From the NCBI RefSeq assembly GCF_000143415.4, contig NW_003314266.1, positions 140,845-197,460 of the forward strand: a DNA stretch of 56,616 nt. The letters are read 5' to 3'. This document shows, one piece after another, positions 22,560 to 36,015 of this stretch; the first letter of the stretch is position 1, and each line of letters opens with the position of its first letter. The translations under genes and the position numbers were made by a program. Under the pieces are notes generated by a model. It was not told the origin of the DNA. It made no database searches and was given only the letters and a program-made list of their open reading frames with translations. This stretch comes from Selaginella moellendorffii. Its lineage: Eukaryota > Plantae > Lycopodiophyta.

Positions 22560-24270
22560 TTATAGGTGACTTATTCTTGAGCAACACCTTGAACTCGGCT
22601 TCTAGCATTTCCCTGACTCCTGTGATCCCAGCTCGCAAAGTAGAGCGACCAGAGCTTGCTGGATTTAGATCCTTTGCCTCGTCCAACCGTCAAGGTGAGC
22701 AAATCATCTCTGCCCATGAGCTCTATATCTCCGGTGTGAGTGCTCGTTGGACACTTTCTATGGCAGGCGCCCGAACACGTACCTTGTTCTGAAAGAAAAG
22801 CTGATGAAAGAACAGTCACTTGCACAAGTGTTTCATTACCACCTCCCCAAACTCAACACCTTCCATATTTTCCTGCTTAAGCGGTCGATGTACTTGCACT
22901 GCCACCACAACCTTATATACGGGAAGAATCGGTATCATTGCCATTCTCAGCTGGTCCAGAAGTTCAAATATGTGCGTCCTTAGATCGTTGCTGCCGCCAG
23001 TTTTTCCATCATCAAGGAGAAAGACTAAAATCGCAAGCAGCAAAGCACTTTTGAGGTGTTAGTAGTGGTAAGGGGAGTGGGAGGATGATACAGCCAAATA
23101 TCATCTTGAGCACCCTTGAGGTCTCGACAAAGTGGAGGTTGCAAACCACTGGTCATGCTCGAGAAATCTGTTGAAGGATCTGTTCCAGCTTCTGCATCAC
23201 CCTGGAGTTTCTACTCGACTTTCCAAACTCCGTAAAACCCTGGAGTTGTGCCTCAATCCGGAAGCTATGGTGCCTCAAAACCTGTCCTCGCGGCCTCAAA
23301 ACTAGCTCGCTCCTTTCCTTTCAAGAATTTGCTCGTAGCACTGCTCAGGAACCTGTTAGAAGAGATAGCCTCCACCGCAGAGTGCAATACACGAAGGTGA
23401 CCACATTGTCGTAAGCTTCTGGAATCCTCCGTAGCAGGCACGTCGGCCGAGCACCTGGACTCCTTCATTACCTCGTGAATCAGACGACGTTTCGAACGAT
23501 CAGGCCTGTGAGCCTGGCACAGCCTGCCTCCGAGCTTTTTTCCCTTGCGAAGATGTCGAGATTTCCATGTCGAAGTCACAGTTTGGAGAAACTTCCGTCT
23601 CTGGCACCACGTCAAAGACTTCATACAAGTTTTCTGCCTATGATGGAAACAGTCGGTGACGAGAAGCTTTCAGCCAGAAGTTGCAACACCATACCAGCTT
23701 CAAGAGAACTACGCCTCATCCACTCTGCCTTGGTCAAACAGAGCAAAACCGTGTAAATCTTAGCGTCTGGAGAAAGCCTGTTTGAAAGCCTGACGGAACT
23801 AGAATAAGAGTACAGCCTTGTCCAGGTAGTTTGTATCCTTTGTCAACCTCGTTGTCTCTAAAGGACTGTTGGCCGAGAATTCGAACTGGATCGCCATCTT
23901 CCAAAGCCGGAACATTTCTCTCTGTAGTTGCCGAAAGCATACCTGCCGAGCTGGAGTAGATACATCTGTGAGTTCTCACGAATACCAGAGTTCCCGGCTT
24001 GCAGCAACTCTCTGGCCTGGCGATCCAGGCTCGCCTAGTAGCCACACATTGCACATATCCAGAGTGTGGAAAAGCAACTTGCTGAAGTCTGGATCAACGC
24101 TCGTCATCCCTGAGACCCTCCGCCTCGTCCAGCCGCTCGTAGCTAAGTCAAACCAACTGTTTGTAGCAAGCCAGCTGCTTCACCTCCCGCAACTTGCCAC
24201 CGTAAAACTTCGTATCGAAGGCAGCTCCAATACTTCCGGTGTTTCATTTGACCGTGATGATCCTTGAGGG
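22560..24270 (+). pseudogene. Fragmented coding-like sequence of unknown family
   Basis: GC-balanced sequence with overlapping broken ORFs (e.g. EKLPSLAPRQRLHTSFLPMMETVGDEK); mirrored at about 42670-44300; no recognisable domain. Confidence 0.3.
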
Positions 24271-24479
24271 AAAATAAAACTATGTCGGCTTCAATTATCT
24301 GTCATGGTGACAGCGGCGAGAGCTTGCTGGATTTTTATCCTTTGCCTCACGGCTGTATGGGTGCTGCATACGCTGAAATGGCCTTGAAAATGCTAGCACA
24401 CCTTTTGTTCACCACCACTTGTCATAATAATCGCCTTCTCAATTCCTGTTTTAAGTGTGTGTGTCAGTGACCGCTAAAA

Positions 24480-27400
24480 GGAGAAGAGAAAACAACAGAA
24501 CAGAAAAACACAATTACCGGTGGCACAAAACAATGGTGTCTCAATGTCGCCCATGAATGTCAAGGGTGTTAACATTCTCGTTGGTGCTGCATCTAGCAGT
24601 TCTGCTGCTGCATAAGACGTCAAATCACCCTCGTTCTCTGAGCTCCCAAGTTGATCAGCTTCACGGATCTCCACAAAAACAGCACTATCTCCTTGCTCAT
24701 CGCTCACCAATTCGGAAAAGTCGCTCCATCCGTCATCTATCGGCAGCTCTTCGATTTCTGGATATTTCTCCCAGCCATCCTCCAGGTCTCCAGCTGGCTC
24801 GTGCCGCATCAAATCTAAGCACTTTTCTCCTCCAGCGTCATTGAAGGCGGCATCCGAAAACTGCATAACACAAATTCAGGTATAACATCCATGAGAAACT
24901 GAAAAAGTACTTACGTGTCTTGAACCACGAACTTGGCGCTCGAAATCCTCGGAGGAGCAATCCGCCGCAATCGGTATCACCTCCAAGAAGTTGCCAGAGC
25001 TTTCAAGTTGATGAATGGATGGTGGCCTGCTCATTAAAATAGCACTGTTGTCTGACTGATCATCCAAGCTGGCCGCTTCTTGTTTTTCTAGAATGTTGTG
25101 ACTTTCCCACTCATAGTTTTGCTGCTCGCTCGTGGCACTAAAAGGTGGAGCACCACGCCTTCGCAGCTCTTGTACCTGAGCTCGAAATTGGCCACCACGC
25201 AAAAGCCAAGCGTCTTTAAGGCCAGCGTATAGTTGCTGCATTCACGTATTAGAATAAAGATCCAAAAAACATTGACTGAAAATTATTAAATTCAAACGTA
25301 CGTGTAAATTAAAATATTTCCAGCCACCTTTTGACGCGTGAATAAGATTAATAAACATGTAAAAGACCTCCTGCTCAATTCAGAGCTAAAATCCACAAGG
25401 AATTTGGAAAAGTACTTACATCTGTATAAGCATCGTGATCATCGGGGAGTGTCGATTCCAAAGCACGAAAGCTGCTATGCCACGGGAAAGTAAGCCCCGA
25501 CACTGTCAAAACAGTTAAAAACAAAACAAAGGTAAAAAGAATGAGAAAAGCTTACTTGTCTTGAGCGTGATCTTGCTGATGTCGATGACACCAAACAACG
25601 AGCACACCCCTGCAAACCAATTGTCGTCAATTATCGTAAAGAACGAAAATCTGAAGTGCAGCTTACGATATGGTTCATAAAGTGACGCTCGCTCGATCAG
25701 TGATGGATAAATCGGCGCCTGGAGCTCAACACAAGTCCCGGAGGAAAGAGTGCCACAAAACCGTAAAGAGCATGGAGGGCTTTCATCATCGTTGAGCAGC
25801 AGCCGAGCACCAAGGAACCAAGGAGCTTCTTGTTTTCCTCGCTCAGGCACAATGTCGCGATGTACTTCCCGCTCGCAGATTGCTGGAACTTCAAACCAAA
25901 ACACTTGATAAGGATGATGCAAACAAAAACATAAACAGCTTACAGCTAGTAGTATTGTAATCTCCTTGGAAGTTGACGCAGACTAGCTTGATAAGCAGTG
26001 GGGTGTTTGGAGGCTGCGGAATAACTGCGTTGAGTTTGAGCACCGCCAACTCAAACAGTGATATATAACTCGGCACCTGGAGCTCCACACAAGTCCACGA
26101 GGAAAGATCAGCAGAAAAGCGTGAACAGCATAGATTGTTGAGCAGCAGTGGAGCACCAGGCCGACCAGGAAGAGGGGCTTCCATGCCGCCGGTGATGCGA
26201 AGAACAGAACGAGCACCACTTGCCAGCTCCGGCAACGCAACCTATAGAAGCCAAGTGTTAAGTGTGGAGCCAGGAAAAGATAGACTTACATTTAGCGGAA
26301 AAGAGTATGCTGGACTCGGAACCACTGAGCCAAGGAATATGGAAAGTATTCTTACGCTAGAGTTGTAGGACTTCGAACCACATCCGGGAATTAAGCCGGG
26401 CTCACTAATCACCTGGAGCGTGAAGATTGCATTGCCCCGTGATCCCTTGATCATCACCGATTGACGCTGCAGAGGCATAAAGTCTTGGCCGTAGAGTTGT
26501 GAGACCGATATGTCTTGATTGAGGTCGAGGAATGTACACTTGGCTTCTCTTGTGTGCTTTACCAGCGTACGTGAAAACTGCATGGACAAAGAGATTAGAA
26601 AATGACTCCAAGTAGACTGGAAAGACGAGAAAGCTTACCTCATTGGACGTGTTGAGCACACCATCGTCATAACTCTGCTGCTGAAGCAAGATCATGAGCA
26701 AACACTGTAGCTGACCATAACCAAGACAAGCCATGGCCATGCGTGACTTCTGGATTGAGCTTGAGATAAGGAGCTCAGAGACAACCTCCAAGCGCTTGAG
26801 AAACTGCATCAGGTGTGTGTTAGTGACAATATGAAAAGCAGAGTGGGCTTACTTCATTGTCAGTCTCCAGCAGTAACTGCGGCTCAGAGCTCACGCTGGA
26901 GGCAGTCGTTATGTCGTGATGGCTTTGCTCTTGCTGCAGCTGACCAGGCATGAAAGCCGGAGGGGTCGCAAAGTCGAGCATTGTCAAAGGCAAACGAACT
27001 TCCGAGGTGATTGGAGGCTGTGGAACAACGCTCCGTGGCAGCTCAGCTAGATCAGTGTCAAGGGACCCGCTGTGAACCACTGGCATCATTCTTGAGCTCT
27101 GGAAGTCATGAACAACACCTGGCATCATTCTCGAGTTCTGGTAGTCCAGAAGGTCTATGAAAAAAAAGGAAACAAATCAAAGTCAGCCAGGCCTTGGAAG
27201 ATAAACAAGAAAACTTACATTCGTAGTCACTGATGCGAGGAGCATAGAAGATTGGGTTATTACTCGACGGTCGTACAGCAGGAGTCCGGCCAAAGTCAAT
27301 ATTCCGAATCCCGGACACTGTAAACAGAGGTTTAGAAACAAGTGGAATAAAGGTCAACACCAAAACTAAACACCCTTTATAAAAAAAATGGAAAGTGCTT

Positions 27401-27688
27401 ACTTGTCTTGAGCTTGAGCAAGTTGATGTCGATGCAGCAAAACGAGCACTCCCTGCTGGGCTGCGCGAAAGCTGTGAGTGTGGATTGTCGCCGCTGCGCG
27501 AAAACTCGTCGCCCCTTTGGCTGCTGCGTGTTGCGCTTCCAGAACTTGAAAACGAGGAGCGAGAGCACCAAGAACGAGAGCATGCCCAGCACCACAACGC
27601 ACAGCACTAGCAGCTCCCAAAAGGACGGAGCCGCGGCTACGACAACTACTCCTTGGTAGTACCTTGGATTCGCGATGCGCCTCGCCAT
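24480..27688 (-). pseudogene. Multi-exon gene or pseudogene of unknown function with an N-terminal TM helix, copy A
   Basis: ATG at 27688 (MARRIANPRYY...LLVLCVVVLGMLSFLVLSLLVFKFWKR), many GTAAG/YAG pairs about 60 bp apart and an upstream telo-box; a full reading frame was not established. Confidence 0.45.
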
Positions 27689-28129
27689 TTCTCGCCCTCC
27701 TCCCGAAATGAAAGGTATATGCCTAGAATAAAATTAGGGTTTCCATTAGGGTCGGCTGTAAAAATATAAACCCCTTTTTTTTCAAATTTAAGACAAATTA
27801 AAGAACACAAGTTATAATATTACTAATAGAGTTTGCTAAATTTAGTAGTGTATACAAAGAAATAAACGTGCACAATTTTTTTCCTATTATTGAAACCTTA
27901 AAAATTAACAAAATAGTGTTATTAAAGTAGAAAACCTCTAAAAGATACACGTTTTTGTTTCCAAATAAGCCAAGAAAAAGCTAAAACTTAATATTGATAA
28001 GACCAAAAATGCAAGGAGCCCATGCGATTCATCGTCCAAATGTATGGCATGGAAAGTGTGGAAGCATGGCCGATGCAGAGCTCACCTTCTAAGATCATAA
28101 TCTCTTCTCTCCACCTCGATGGATCAAGC

Positions 28130-28300
28130 ACATGACGTGCTGCTGTGGAACACAATGGGGACTGGGGATATTGTTGAGGCGATGAAAATTTTCCAGGAGA
28201 TTCCTTGCAAGGATGCGGTACCATGGAGCGAGATCGTCCAAGCGCACACACACGCTGGGGATCTGGGTAGTGCGCTTCTAATGCCACAACGAAGAAGCAT
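28130..28300 (+). pseudogene. PLS-type PPR gene remnant
   Basis: DVLLWNTMGTGDIVEAMKIFQEIPCKDAVPWSEIVQAHTHAGDLGSALLMPQR. Confidence 0.65.
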
Positions 28301-28606
28301 CCTAGTGAGGACGCTTGGTCGTTATAGATCTTCCAAGAATCTCATCTTCTTGGTTGCAACGGAACTCAACCTTCCAAATCTTCCGGATAGATCTTCAAAT
28401 TCTTTGCAAGATAAATTATTCATAAATGATATAAATTAATGTTAATATGGTTATTGGATAGTTTCAACTTACAATGATCAATGGATGAGGAAGACCATGC
28501 AAGTCTAGTGTGAATTAGAGGTGCTAGATCGTCCTAGACCCTCTTTATAAACCCCTCTCGGCAGTGTCTCAGGTCAAAGATAGTTCTTCATCGTTTCTCT
28601 CATTCC

Positions 28607-29278
28607 ATGGCAGCAACAATGTTGGCAATTCTCATCGCCATCTTCGTCTTTGCATGCTCGCCACCCCCACTCGTCCTTGCTGCCGACAAGGACATGCTCC
28701 AGGACGTCTGTGTCGCGGACAACAACAACACTATCACCATCAATGGCAAGGTATGCAAGCCCATGGTAGCGGTGGTAGCCGAGGACTTCAAGTCGGGCTT
28801 GCTCAGGAACCCGGGCAACACCAGCAACAGGCTCGGCTCCGCAGTCACCGCTGCAAACGTTGGCAATTTCCCTGGGCTCAACACTCTGGGTGTCTCGTTT
28901 GCCCGCCTCGACTATGCTCCCGGCGGTGTCAACCCCCCACACGTTCACCCCCGGGGCACCGAGGTCCTCTTCCTCGTCCAGGGAACTCTGTTCGTGGGCT
29001 TTGTCACCACCGCACCGGATAACCGGCTCTTCGCGCAGACAATCAATCCCGGCGAGCTCTTCGTCTTCCCTCGAGGACTGGTTCACTTCCAGATCAACAC
29101 TGGCAGAGAGCCCGCGGTGGCGGTGGCCGGGTTCAACTCGCAGAACCCCGGAGTCTCCCAGGTTGCCAAGGCCGTGTTTGGCTCGAACCCGCCTATCTTG
29201 GACGCTGTCATTGAGAGGACGTTCCAGATCGATAATGCTCTTGTGCAGAGGCTCCGGGAGCTCGTGAGCATGACGTAG
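28607..29278 (+). CDS. Germin-like protein (cupin), intact, 223 aa, intronless
   Basis: Signal peptide, DMLQDVCVAD, GLNTLGVS, GVNPPHVHPRGTE, FPRGLVHFQ, SQNPG, VFGSNPPI. Confidence 0.96.
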   Translation: MAATMLAILIAIFVFACSPPPLVLAADKDMLQDVCVADNNNTITINGKVCKPMVAVVAEDFKSGLLRNPGNTSNRLGSAVTAANVGNFPGLNTLGVSFARLDYAPGGVNPPHVHPRGTEVLFLVQGTLFVGFVTTAPDNRLFAQTINPGELFVFPRGLVHFQINTGREPAVAVAGFNSQNPGVSQVAKAVFGSNPPILDAVIERTFQIDNALVQRLRELVSMT

Positions 29279-32116
29279 AGCATCGTTTTCGATGGATTTT
29301 GTTGTTTCTTTTGATTAATAACTTCAAAGGTTTTGTTGATGTACTCGATTATGGATGAAGCTTTTCTCCGATCTTGAGCAGATTCGGCGGTTTTAATTAT
29401 TAGTGAAAACATGGAATTAATTTAAGGAAAACCTTATAAATATCCTTTTAGGTTTTAATTTGATAAATTACTACATCTGAAAATAGCTAAATTTAAGCAT
29501 TTGAAATTTTGTCATATTCTCATTGACATAATAGAGTTTTCATGGTGGCACTTAAACATACTCTAATTAATTTTAATGATTATGTCACATTTCAAAAATT
29601 AAACCAACGAATAATATGGTTTTCCTCAATCCAATGGCTTAAAATTAAGTAATGTTTAAACTTGATTTATTTGCAAATTCAGAATTAATCATAACCATAA
29701 AATTTTTTACCTCGGCTTTAGCAATAATATGTATTTATACTTATATTTATATTTGTGTAAGTACTAAAACTCTCAATTATTATCATTAGTGTTTTAAAAT
29801 ATAAATATATATTTTAAAATAAAATTAGAAATCTATTATTATTAGTATTGGAAACTCAAATAACATCATTAACTCATACGTTTAAATGTTCAAGCGCATA
29901 TAAAGGAGTGGGATCTTCTTGATAAACTTTATGACTTTGAGTTAGTGATTAATAATAATATTTCAGAATATAATTAATATTTATGATTTAAAATAATTAT
30001 ATCGATTTAGCTGAAATTATTATGGATGTTCAATATTATTATTCTGGTTTGATTAAGCAAAAACCTGTGAGGTATGAACATAGGCAAGGATATTCTAGGA
30101 TATTCTACCATCTAACAGTTGTTAATATTTTAGATTATTTTGTCTTTATCATTTAAAGAAAAGTATATAATTAAAACTATTATAATAAATTTTTACATAT
30201 AATGTAACATAACTTTCTTTTATTGAATTAAAATAAATTATAATGCTAATGGAAAATTTATAGAAATTACTTATATAATAAATTGAATAACAAATAAATT
30301 GTTATTACATAATATTAAATTTAATTTTTATACACCAATAAAATCATGGGTAAAAATTAGTATATATTAGGTTTACAACTCAAAAATATTTAAACATGAT
30401 TTATTTGTGTTCAAATATCTACAACTAGTTAAATAGTTATGTATAAATAGTAATATTAATTAATTAATTAAATAATAATATAGTTTAACATATATAGAAA
30501 CAAAGAGGCATTATAAAGAAAAAATATAAATAAAGATTAAAATTTCAAATTATAGATTTTGGGTGTTTGTTAGAAGTTGGCAACTGGTATGAAACAAACT
30601 TCAAATCTGAGTAAAGTTTGAAAATTTTAACCATAACTCTAGAATTGTGCAAATGCTAAAATAAATAAATTTTTCATTAATAAAAATTCACTATGAAGTT
30701 TAATATAGTGAATGATACCAAAATAAATTCATTAGGAATAACTATGATATATTTACTTTTAGCTCCATACCTGAAGTAGAAAATATTGTTGAATCCTAGT
30801 GGCTTATAAATTTTTGTTGATAATTGTTTAAAAAATTTAATTTAAGTAATATAGCTTAGAAAAAGTGAGAATAAAGTAATTTTTTGAAGCTCATAAATAT
30901 TATGGTTTATTTTGAATAAACTAATATCCTTACAGTAAATTTTATCTTTAAAAATAGCTAAGTATTATTAATATAGAGAATAGAAATTTATTACCTTAAA
31001 TATAAATTTTGACTATAATAAATCTTTTATATATCTTGAGTAGTTTAATGGGTTTTAATTTTAAACAAAAAACAATTGTGTATTTACAAAGGCGTGTTTT
31101 TTTTTGAGAATATATTTACCTTTTTACTTCAAATCTTTTAAAATAAATAAAACATTCACTGCCTTTTGATTTAGGTTAGTAATTCTAAAAATTTGATTAC
31201 AACATTGATTTGATTAAATAATTCTATTTACCTCTTTATATAAAACTTTATTAAGCATTATTTTACTAAAGTAATTAGCTCAGAGGGGATCAATTGGCTT
31301 TAACAAAATTTTTGAAGTTGTTTTGGAAGCTTCCCCAACAAAAAGTATTCTATATTATATTTAATAAAATTAAGGTTGTGAAAAATAAATGTTTTATAAA
31401 ATGAATTGACCTTTCATTACATTTCATTTTGTATGTTTTTCAACTTACACCTAAAGATGTGTTTTTAAAACTCAAGGCTTATAATTCAAACTTTAAAATG
31501 CATTTTGATATTCATGAATTTTTAGAAAGTTTAGAAATGTGTTATTTGAGAGTTTGTTTCATACACACTATTTTTACTACACTCAATTGATCTGCTTTTC
31601 CAAGCATAAAGTTCACAAAAAGTTACCATCACCAAGAAGAATAAAGAAAAATATTCCAACAAAATGCTATCAACAATATTTGAGAAATACTTTAACAGGA
31701 TATTTGTCTGTGAAAATTTAAAACATCCACGAAGTTACTCATAACCAACTTTGTAGGTCATGAAAGGGAAATGATGTGTCAAACATATTAAGCATGGGAT
31801 AGACAAAGCATCAGGCTTGAAACGTATTAGACAATCGCAGGCCTCAATTGTGTTCATCATTTGGAAGAGTTTGATGATCCTTGCCTGCTCCTTAAAAATG
31901 CCCATCTGAGATAAATGCTTTGCTTGAAGTATTCAGCATAGACCTGCCTTCTTGGGACGTGTCCCCATGCTTTTCCTTGCTGCTAAACACAAGAAATAAA
32001 TCTCGAGAGCATATTAGCATTACCCCAAACCTCGCCATCATGGAGAGAACCACGTTTATCCAAATGCTATTTAACTCGCCTTGTTTTTAAATTTTAGGGC
32101 TCCATTTCTAATCGCT

Positions 32117-33323
32117 ATGGCGCCTGTGGCTGCTCTTCGTTTGCATCCCGGCGTCTTGATTCATGCCGCGGGAGCTGCCGCTCCATCAGTGAAGCCCGGC
32201 CGCGGCGCATTTGGAGCTGGGGAGCGCAAATGCGGGAGGGTGTTCTCGCAGGGGCGGGATTCCGGGAATGGATACTTCAGGGCCAGGGCCGAGATCCAAA
32301 GCTCGGAATCGCTCACGGGTGTTGTGTTCCAGCCCTTTGCCGAGGTCCAGGAAGCCCTGTCGGAGGTCTCCTTGTCCAAATCGGTGTCGCTCGCGCGCCA
32401 GCGCTTCTCTCAAGCCTGTGAAGCTGCTATCAACGATCAAATCAAGTAAGCCTCTCTCTCTTTTTCGATTTTCTATGGCGAGAGAGCTTTGATTTTCTCT
32501 TCTAGCGTTGAGTACAATGTCTCTTACATCTACCATGCGTTGTTTGCGTACTTCGATCGGGACAACGTTGGGCTTCCAGGCATGGCAAAGTACGTGTCCT
32601 ATACAACTTTGTGGTATCCATCTTTTAGCAAAACTTTACAGGTACTTTAAGAATGCTAGTGAAGAGGAGAGGGAGCACGCCGAGACTTTGATGAAGTACC
32701 AGGTAACAAAGCCTGGAAATCGAAGAGCTTTCGCTAATGCTTTGTTTACTAGAATAGAACTTGCGAGGTGGAAGGGTGAAGCTACAAACAATACTACCGC
32801 CCGAGATGGAGTTTGACAACGCAGAGAAAGGAGATGCTCTATATGGTAGAATCGAGAAAACCCTCCAACACAAGTAACTCCAGTGATGTTTTTCTACTGC
32901 AGCTATGGAGCTCGCACTAGCTCTGGAAAAGCTCACGAACGAGAAACTTCTGGCCTTACACAGAGTATCGCCAAGCCCATCTCTCTCGACTTGTGATAGA
33001 CCTTGATCCTTTGATCGTTTGAAGGTTGCAAGTGAGAATGACGACCCCCAAATGGCCGACTTCGTCGAGAGCAGCTTCCTCACCGAGCAAGTAAGTTTGT
33101 CTAGATTTTGCTCCAATCTCGATCGAAAACAATGGCTTCTCTTCCAGGTGGAGAGCATAAAAAAAATCTCGGAGTACGTGAGCCAGCTCCGAAGAACAGG
33201 CCAAGGACATGGTATGGATCAAAGTTTTTTATTTTCTCTCGACTTACATTTGATTTTTTTTATGTAGGGGTGTACCACTTTGATCTCCATCTCCAAAATG
33301 TCGACATAGAAGAGACAGTGTAG
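32117..33323 (+). CDS. FER: Plant ferritin with transit peptide, 8 exons
   Basis: [111 protein letters not shown]. Confidence 0.96.
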
Positions 33324-33336
33324 AAGAGGCGCATTA

Positions 33337-33400
33337 GTGATGACGTGGCACTATGATGACGTGAAAGGAATAAAACCGGAACCAAATTTCTAGGGTTAGG
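33337..33400 (+). promoter_or_regulatory. Two TGATGACGTG (ACGT/as-1-like) motifs and a telo-box-like TAGGGTTA upstream of MBF1
   Basis: tgatgacgtggcactatgatgacgtg and tagggttagg within the 96-bp intergenic gap. Confidence 0.5.
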
Positions 33401-33419
33401 TTGTGGGAAGAAGAAGAAG

Positions 33420-34035
33420 ATGAGTGGCCATATTGCGCAGGATTGGGAGCCCGTGGTGATCAGGAAGAAGGGGGTCACTGCCGGGCAGCGGCGCGATGAG
33501 AAGGCCGTGAACGAGGCGCGTCGCAGTGGCGGCCCGATCGAGACGATTAAGAAGTGTAAGCGATTGGATTGCTTCAGAGGTCGATTGGTGAGATATTTTG
33601 TTCTAATCTTCGTCTGTTCCAGTCAATGCGGGGTCGAACAAGGCAGCGACAAGCACGCCGGGAATTAACACCAAGAAGCTCGATGACGAGACCGAGGAGC
33701 TCGCCCGTAAGCTAGAGAATCCAAATCCATTGGCTTTGTGTTCTAAAACTGGACGACGCAGACGAGCGCGTTCCGACTGACCTGAAGAAGAACATCATGC
33801 AAGCCCGGACGGAGAAGAAACTGACACAGGCACAGCTTGCACAGGTTTGGATGATTGATTCTTTGGTTTTTTCTTTTTGGCTGATTTGTTTTCCTTGTTG
33901 GTTTGCTTGGTCCAGCTGATCAACGAGAAGCCTCAGGTCATCCAAGAGTATGAATCGGGAAAAGCCATCCCCAACCAGCAGATCATCTCCAAGCTCGAGC
34001 GCGCGCTGGGAGCCAAGCTTAGAAACAAGAAGTGA
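33420..34035 (+). CDS. MBF1: Multiprotein bridging factor 1, 4 exons
   Basis: [76 protein letters not shown]. Confidence 0.97.
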
Positions 34036-34214
34036 GTAGTTTCTCTTATTTCCTCTTGTGAAAGTGTCGTAACTGTCGTCGTTGCGAACAAAACTATGCT
34101 TTTACAAACAACGTTTGGAGGCCCCAAACTTGTAAATTACATGGTGGTGGTCTGGCGCTGTACAAACGAAACTCTAGCAGCCGCAGAAACCAAGTCGAGA
34201 AGAAGAGATCTGCG

Positions 34215-35279
34215 CTACTGGTTTTCCGGAAGAAAGAATCGGTCGAAGCTCTCGCAGCACGAAGACTTACAGGTGAAGTAGAAGATGGCACTGGGGATTG
34301 AATTAAACAGGTAGAGGAACGAGTACATGCCCACGAGCAGCGGCATCTCCCAGAGCTTGGAGGAGAGATCGATGGCATACTTGTAGCCGGGAACTCCGAC
34401 GACGCGGTACTGGAAGAGGCTGTCGATCGAAGCGGTGGCGGCCGTGGCGATGATGAAGAGCAGCAGGCCGACTTGGGTCCGTCCCCGGAGTATGAGGATG
34501 GCCTTCATCAGCGCGGCCCGGCCCTGGATATCTTCCAGCATCGAGATGGTGATGGAGAGATTGGAGATGATCACCAGGTGGGCGAAGAGCAGCGAGAAGG
34601 CCAGGCAGATGGTGGCGACGATGAGGAAGAGTATGTCGACCGAGAGGCCGAGAGCTTGGAAGAAGGTGGTGACGACGACGAGGAGGGAGAGGATGAGCGT
34701 GGTGCATGCGAGCATCACAGCGCAGATCCAGAGATACGTGGCGATTGCGCGGAGGCAAACTTTGAGCGCCGCCGCGCGGAGGAAGCTATGGAGGTGGAAC
34801 TTGCGCGAGGAGTAGAGGAGCGCCACTGCCCAGGAGATGGTGGCGCGCGCTGGGATGGCGAGGGTGATGTAGAAGGGGAGCTGGAAGGCGTGGGAGACGA
34901 GGTTGTCGACGAGCTTGAAGCAGGCGGCGCGGTAGGATGGGAGGAACCAGACGCCGCCGCGGGTGGCGAGAGCGCTGGCCTCGATCCGCGCGGCCCAATT
35001 CTCCACCACCGGGGACGTGATCCAGGCCTGGGAGAGCACGACGATGGAGAATGGCGTGGCGAGGAGCGCCGCGACCCAGAAGAAGAGCGAGGAGATTGCT
35101 CGCAGCGCTGCCACTGATTCCTTTATGATATCCAGCGCGCCCAGGCAGTGGATTTCCTCGGGGCCGCGAGCGCCCATGATCCGGCGCTTGCTGGATGGAG
35201 CTGAGCTGGGCTTCACATTCTCGTGATCTTCAATGGAGGATGACCTAATTACCTCGTCGCTGGGCAGTCGATTATCCAT
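34215..35279 (-). CDS. Uncharacterised multi-pass membrane protein, 354 aa, intronless
   Basis: Long intact GC-rich ORF with about 6 hydrophobic helices; ALDIIKES and AIFYFTCKS resemble a plant family of unknown function. Confidence 0.85.
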   Translation of the reverse strand: MDNRLPSDEVIRSSSIEDHENVKPSSAPSSKRRIMGARGPEEIHCLGALDIIKESVAALRAISSLFFWVAALLATPFSIVVLSQAWITSPVVENWAARIEASALATRGGVWFLPSYRAACFKLVDNLVSHAFQLPFYITLAIPARATISWAVALLYSSRKFHLHSFLRAAALKVCLRAIATYLWICAVMLACTTLILSLLVVVTTFFQALGLSVDILFLIVATICLAFSLLFAHLVIISNLSITISMLEDIQGRAALMKAILILRGRTQVGLLLFIIATAATASIDSLFQYRVVGVPGYKYAIDLSSKLWEMPLLVGMYSFLYLFNSIPSAIFYFTCKSSCCESFDRFFLPENQ

Positions 35280-36015
35280 TCGTTGGCGCTCCAGCGCGAG
35301 TGAGATCGCGACTGCCTACCGCGATTTCCACTGTTAACCTAGCTCCAGCCCAAGAACAGGGGACCTGTACGGCGGCAAGATTATTGCACGGAATTACGGT
35401 GAGAATATCGTACGGTTTCGAGAGAGTGGATTCCTGTACGGGTGATGACGCGGCAAAGCACCAAAACCAAGCAACCAACCAAAAATTTTTGAGATAGCGT
35501 GGCGTTGAGATTTCTAAGGTTGACCGAGAAATACTTTTTAAAATGCTGTGATTGGAAATGTGGTCTACCAACCAGTGGCGGCCCGTGCCCCAAGAAGGAG
35601 CGCAACGTGCGGTCGCAAATGGGCCGTTCGAGCTCATCCCACGGCCCAGATCCGTGCGGTGATTTTTAATTTTTTCACCTACCCCGGCTTGCATTACCAT
35701 TACCACAGTAGATGGAAAGCAAATATTTACCGCGGGTGTGGGGCATTTGTGTGTTGCTGTGCTTATTGCGCGCATATGCCCTTGCCTGCATTGCGCGGCT
35801 AGCGATAGTTCCAGCAGCGGCGGCAAAGAAGCGCGATCCTTGCCCTAGCGCGCATCCGCGGCGGCGGCACGCATCCAAGGCGCCGGCCAGCGACCGGGAT
35901 CGACATCGAAATTCTCAGGTCAGGGCTTGGATCGTAGCTCCGGGGATGGATTCCGGGGGTTAGGGATTGCTGCTGGCTATGCGGCGGCTGCGCCGGCTTG
36001 GCGACACTGAGATCA

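Larger units (their letters stand above)
6290..27772 (+). repeat. Left arm of a large inverted segmental duplication, interrupted by the MULE
   Basis: Reverse-complement colinearity: 6290-7434 with 56590-55418; 7455-9218 with 47602-45720; 21025-27772 with 45730-39192. Confidence 0.9.
28000..29347 (+). repeat. ~1.35 kb duplicated germin cassette (PPR remnant, promoter, CDS)
   Basis: Matches 8630-9218 joined to 21033-21827, and the reverse complement of 44975-46375. Confidence 0.8.

Noticed and set aside
29400-31900. Gene or defined element in the very AT-rich spacer
   Set aside because: No credible ORF or termini; only a short fragment near 29895-29960 resembles 8228-8420.
34303-35226. Overlapping alternative-frame and antisense ORFs over the membrane-protein gene (likewise over the germins)
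   Set aside because: Expected shadow ORFs of GC-rich coding sequence.
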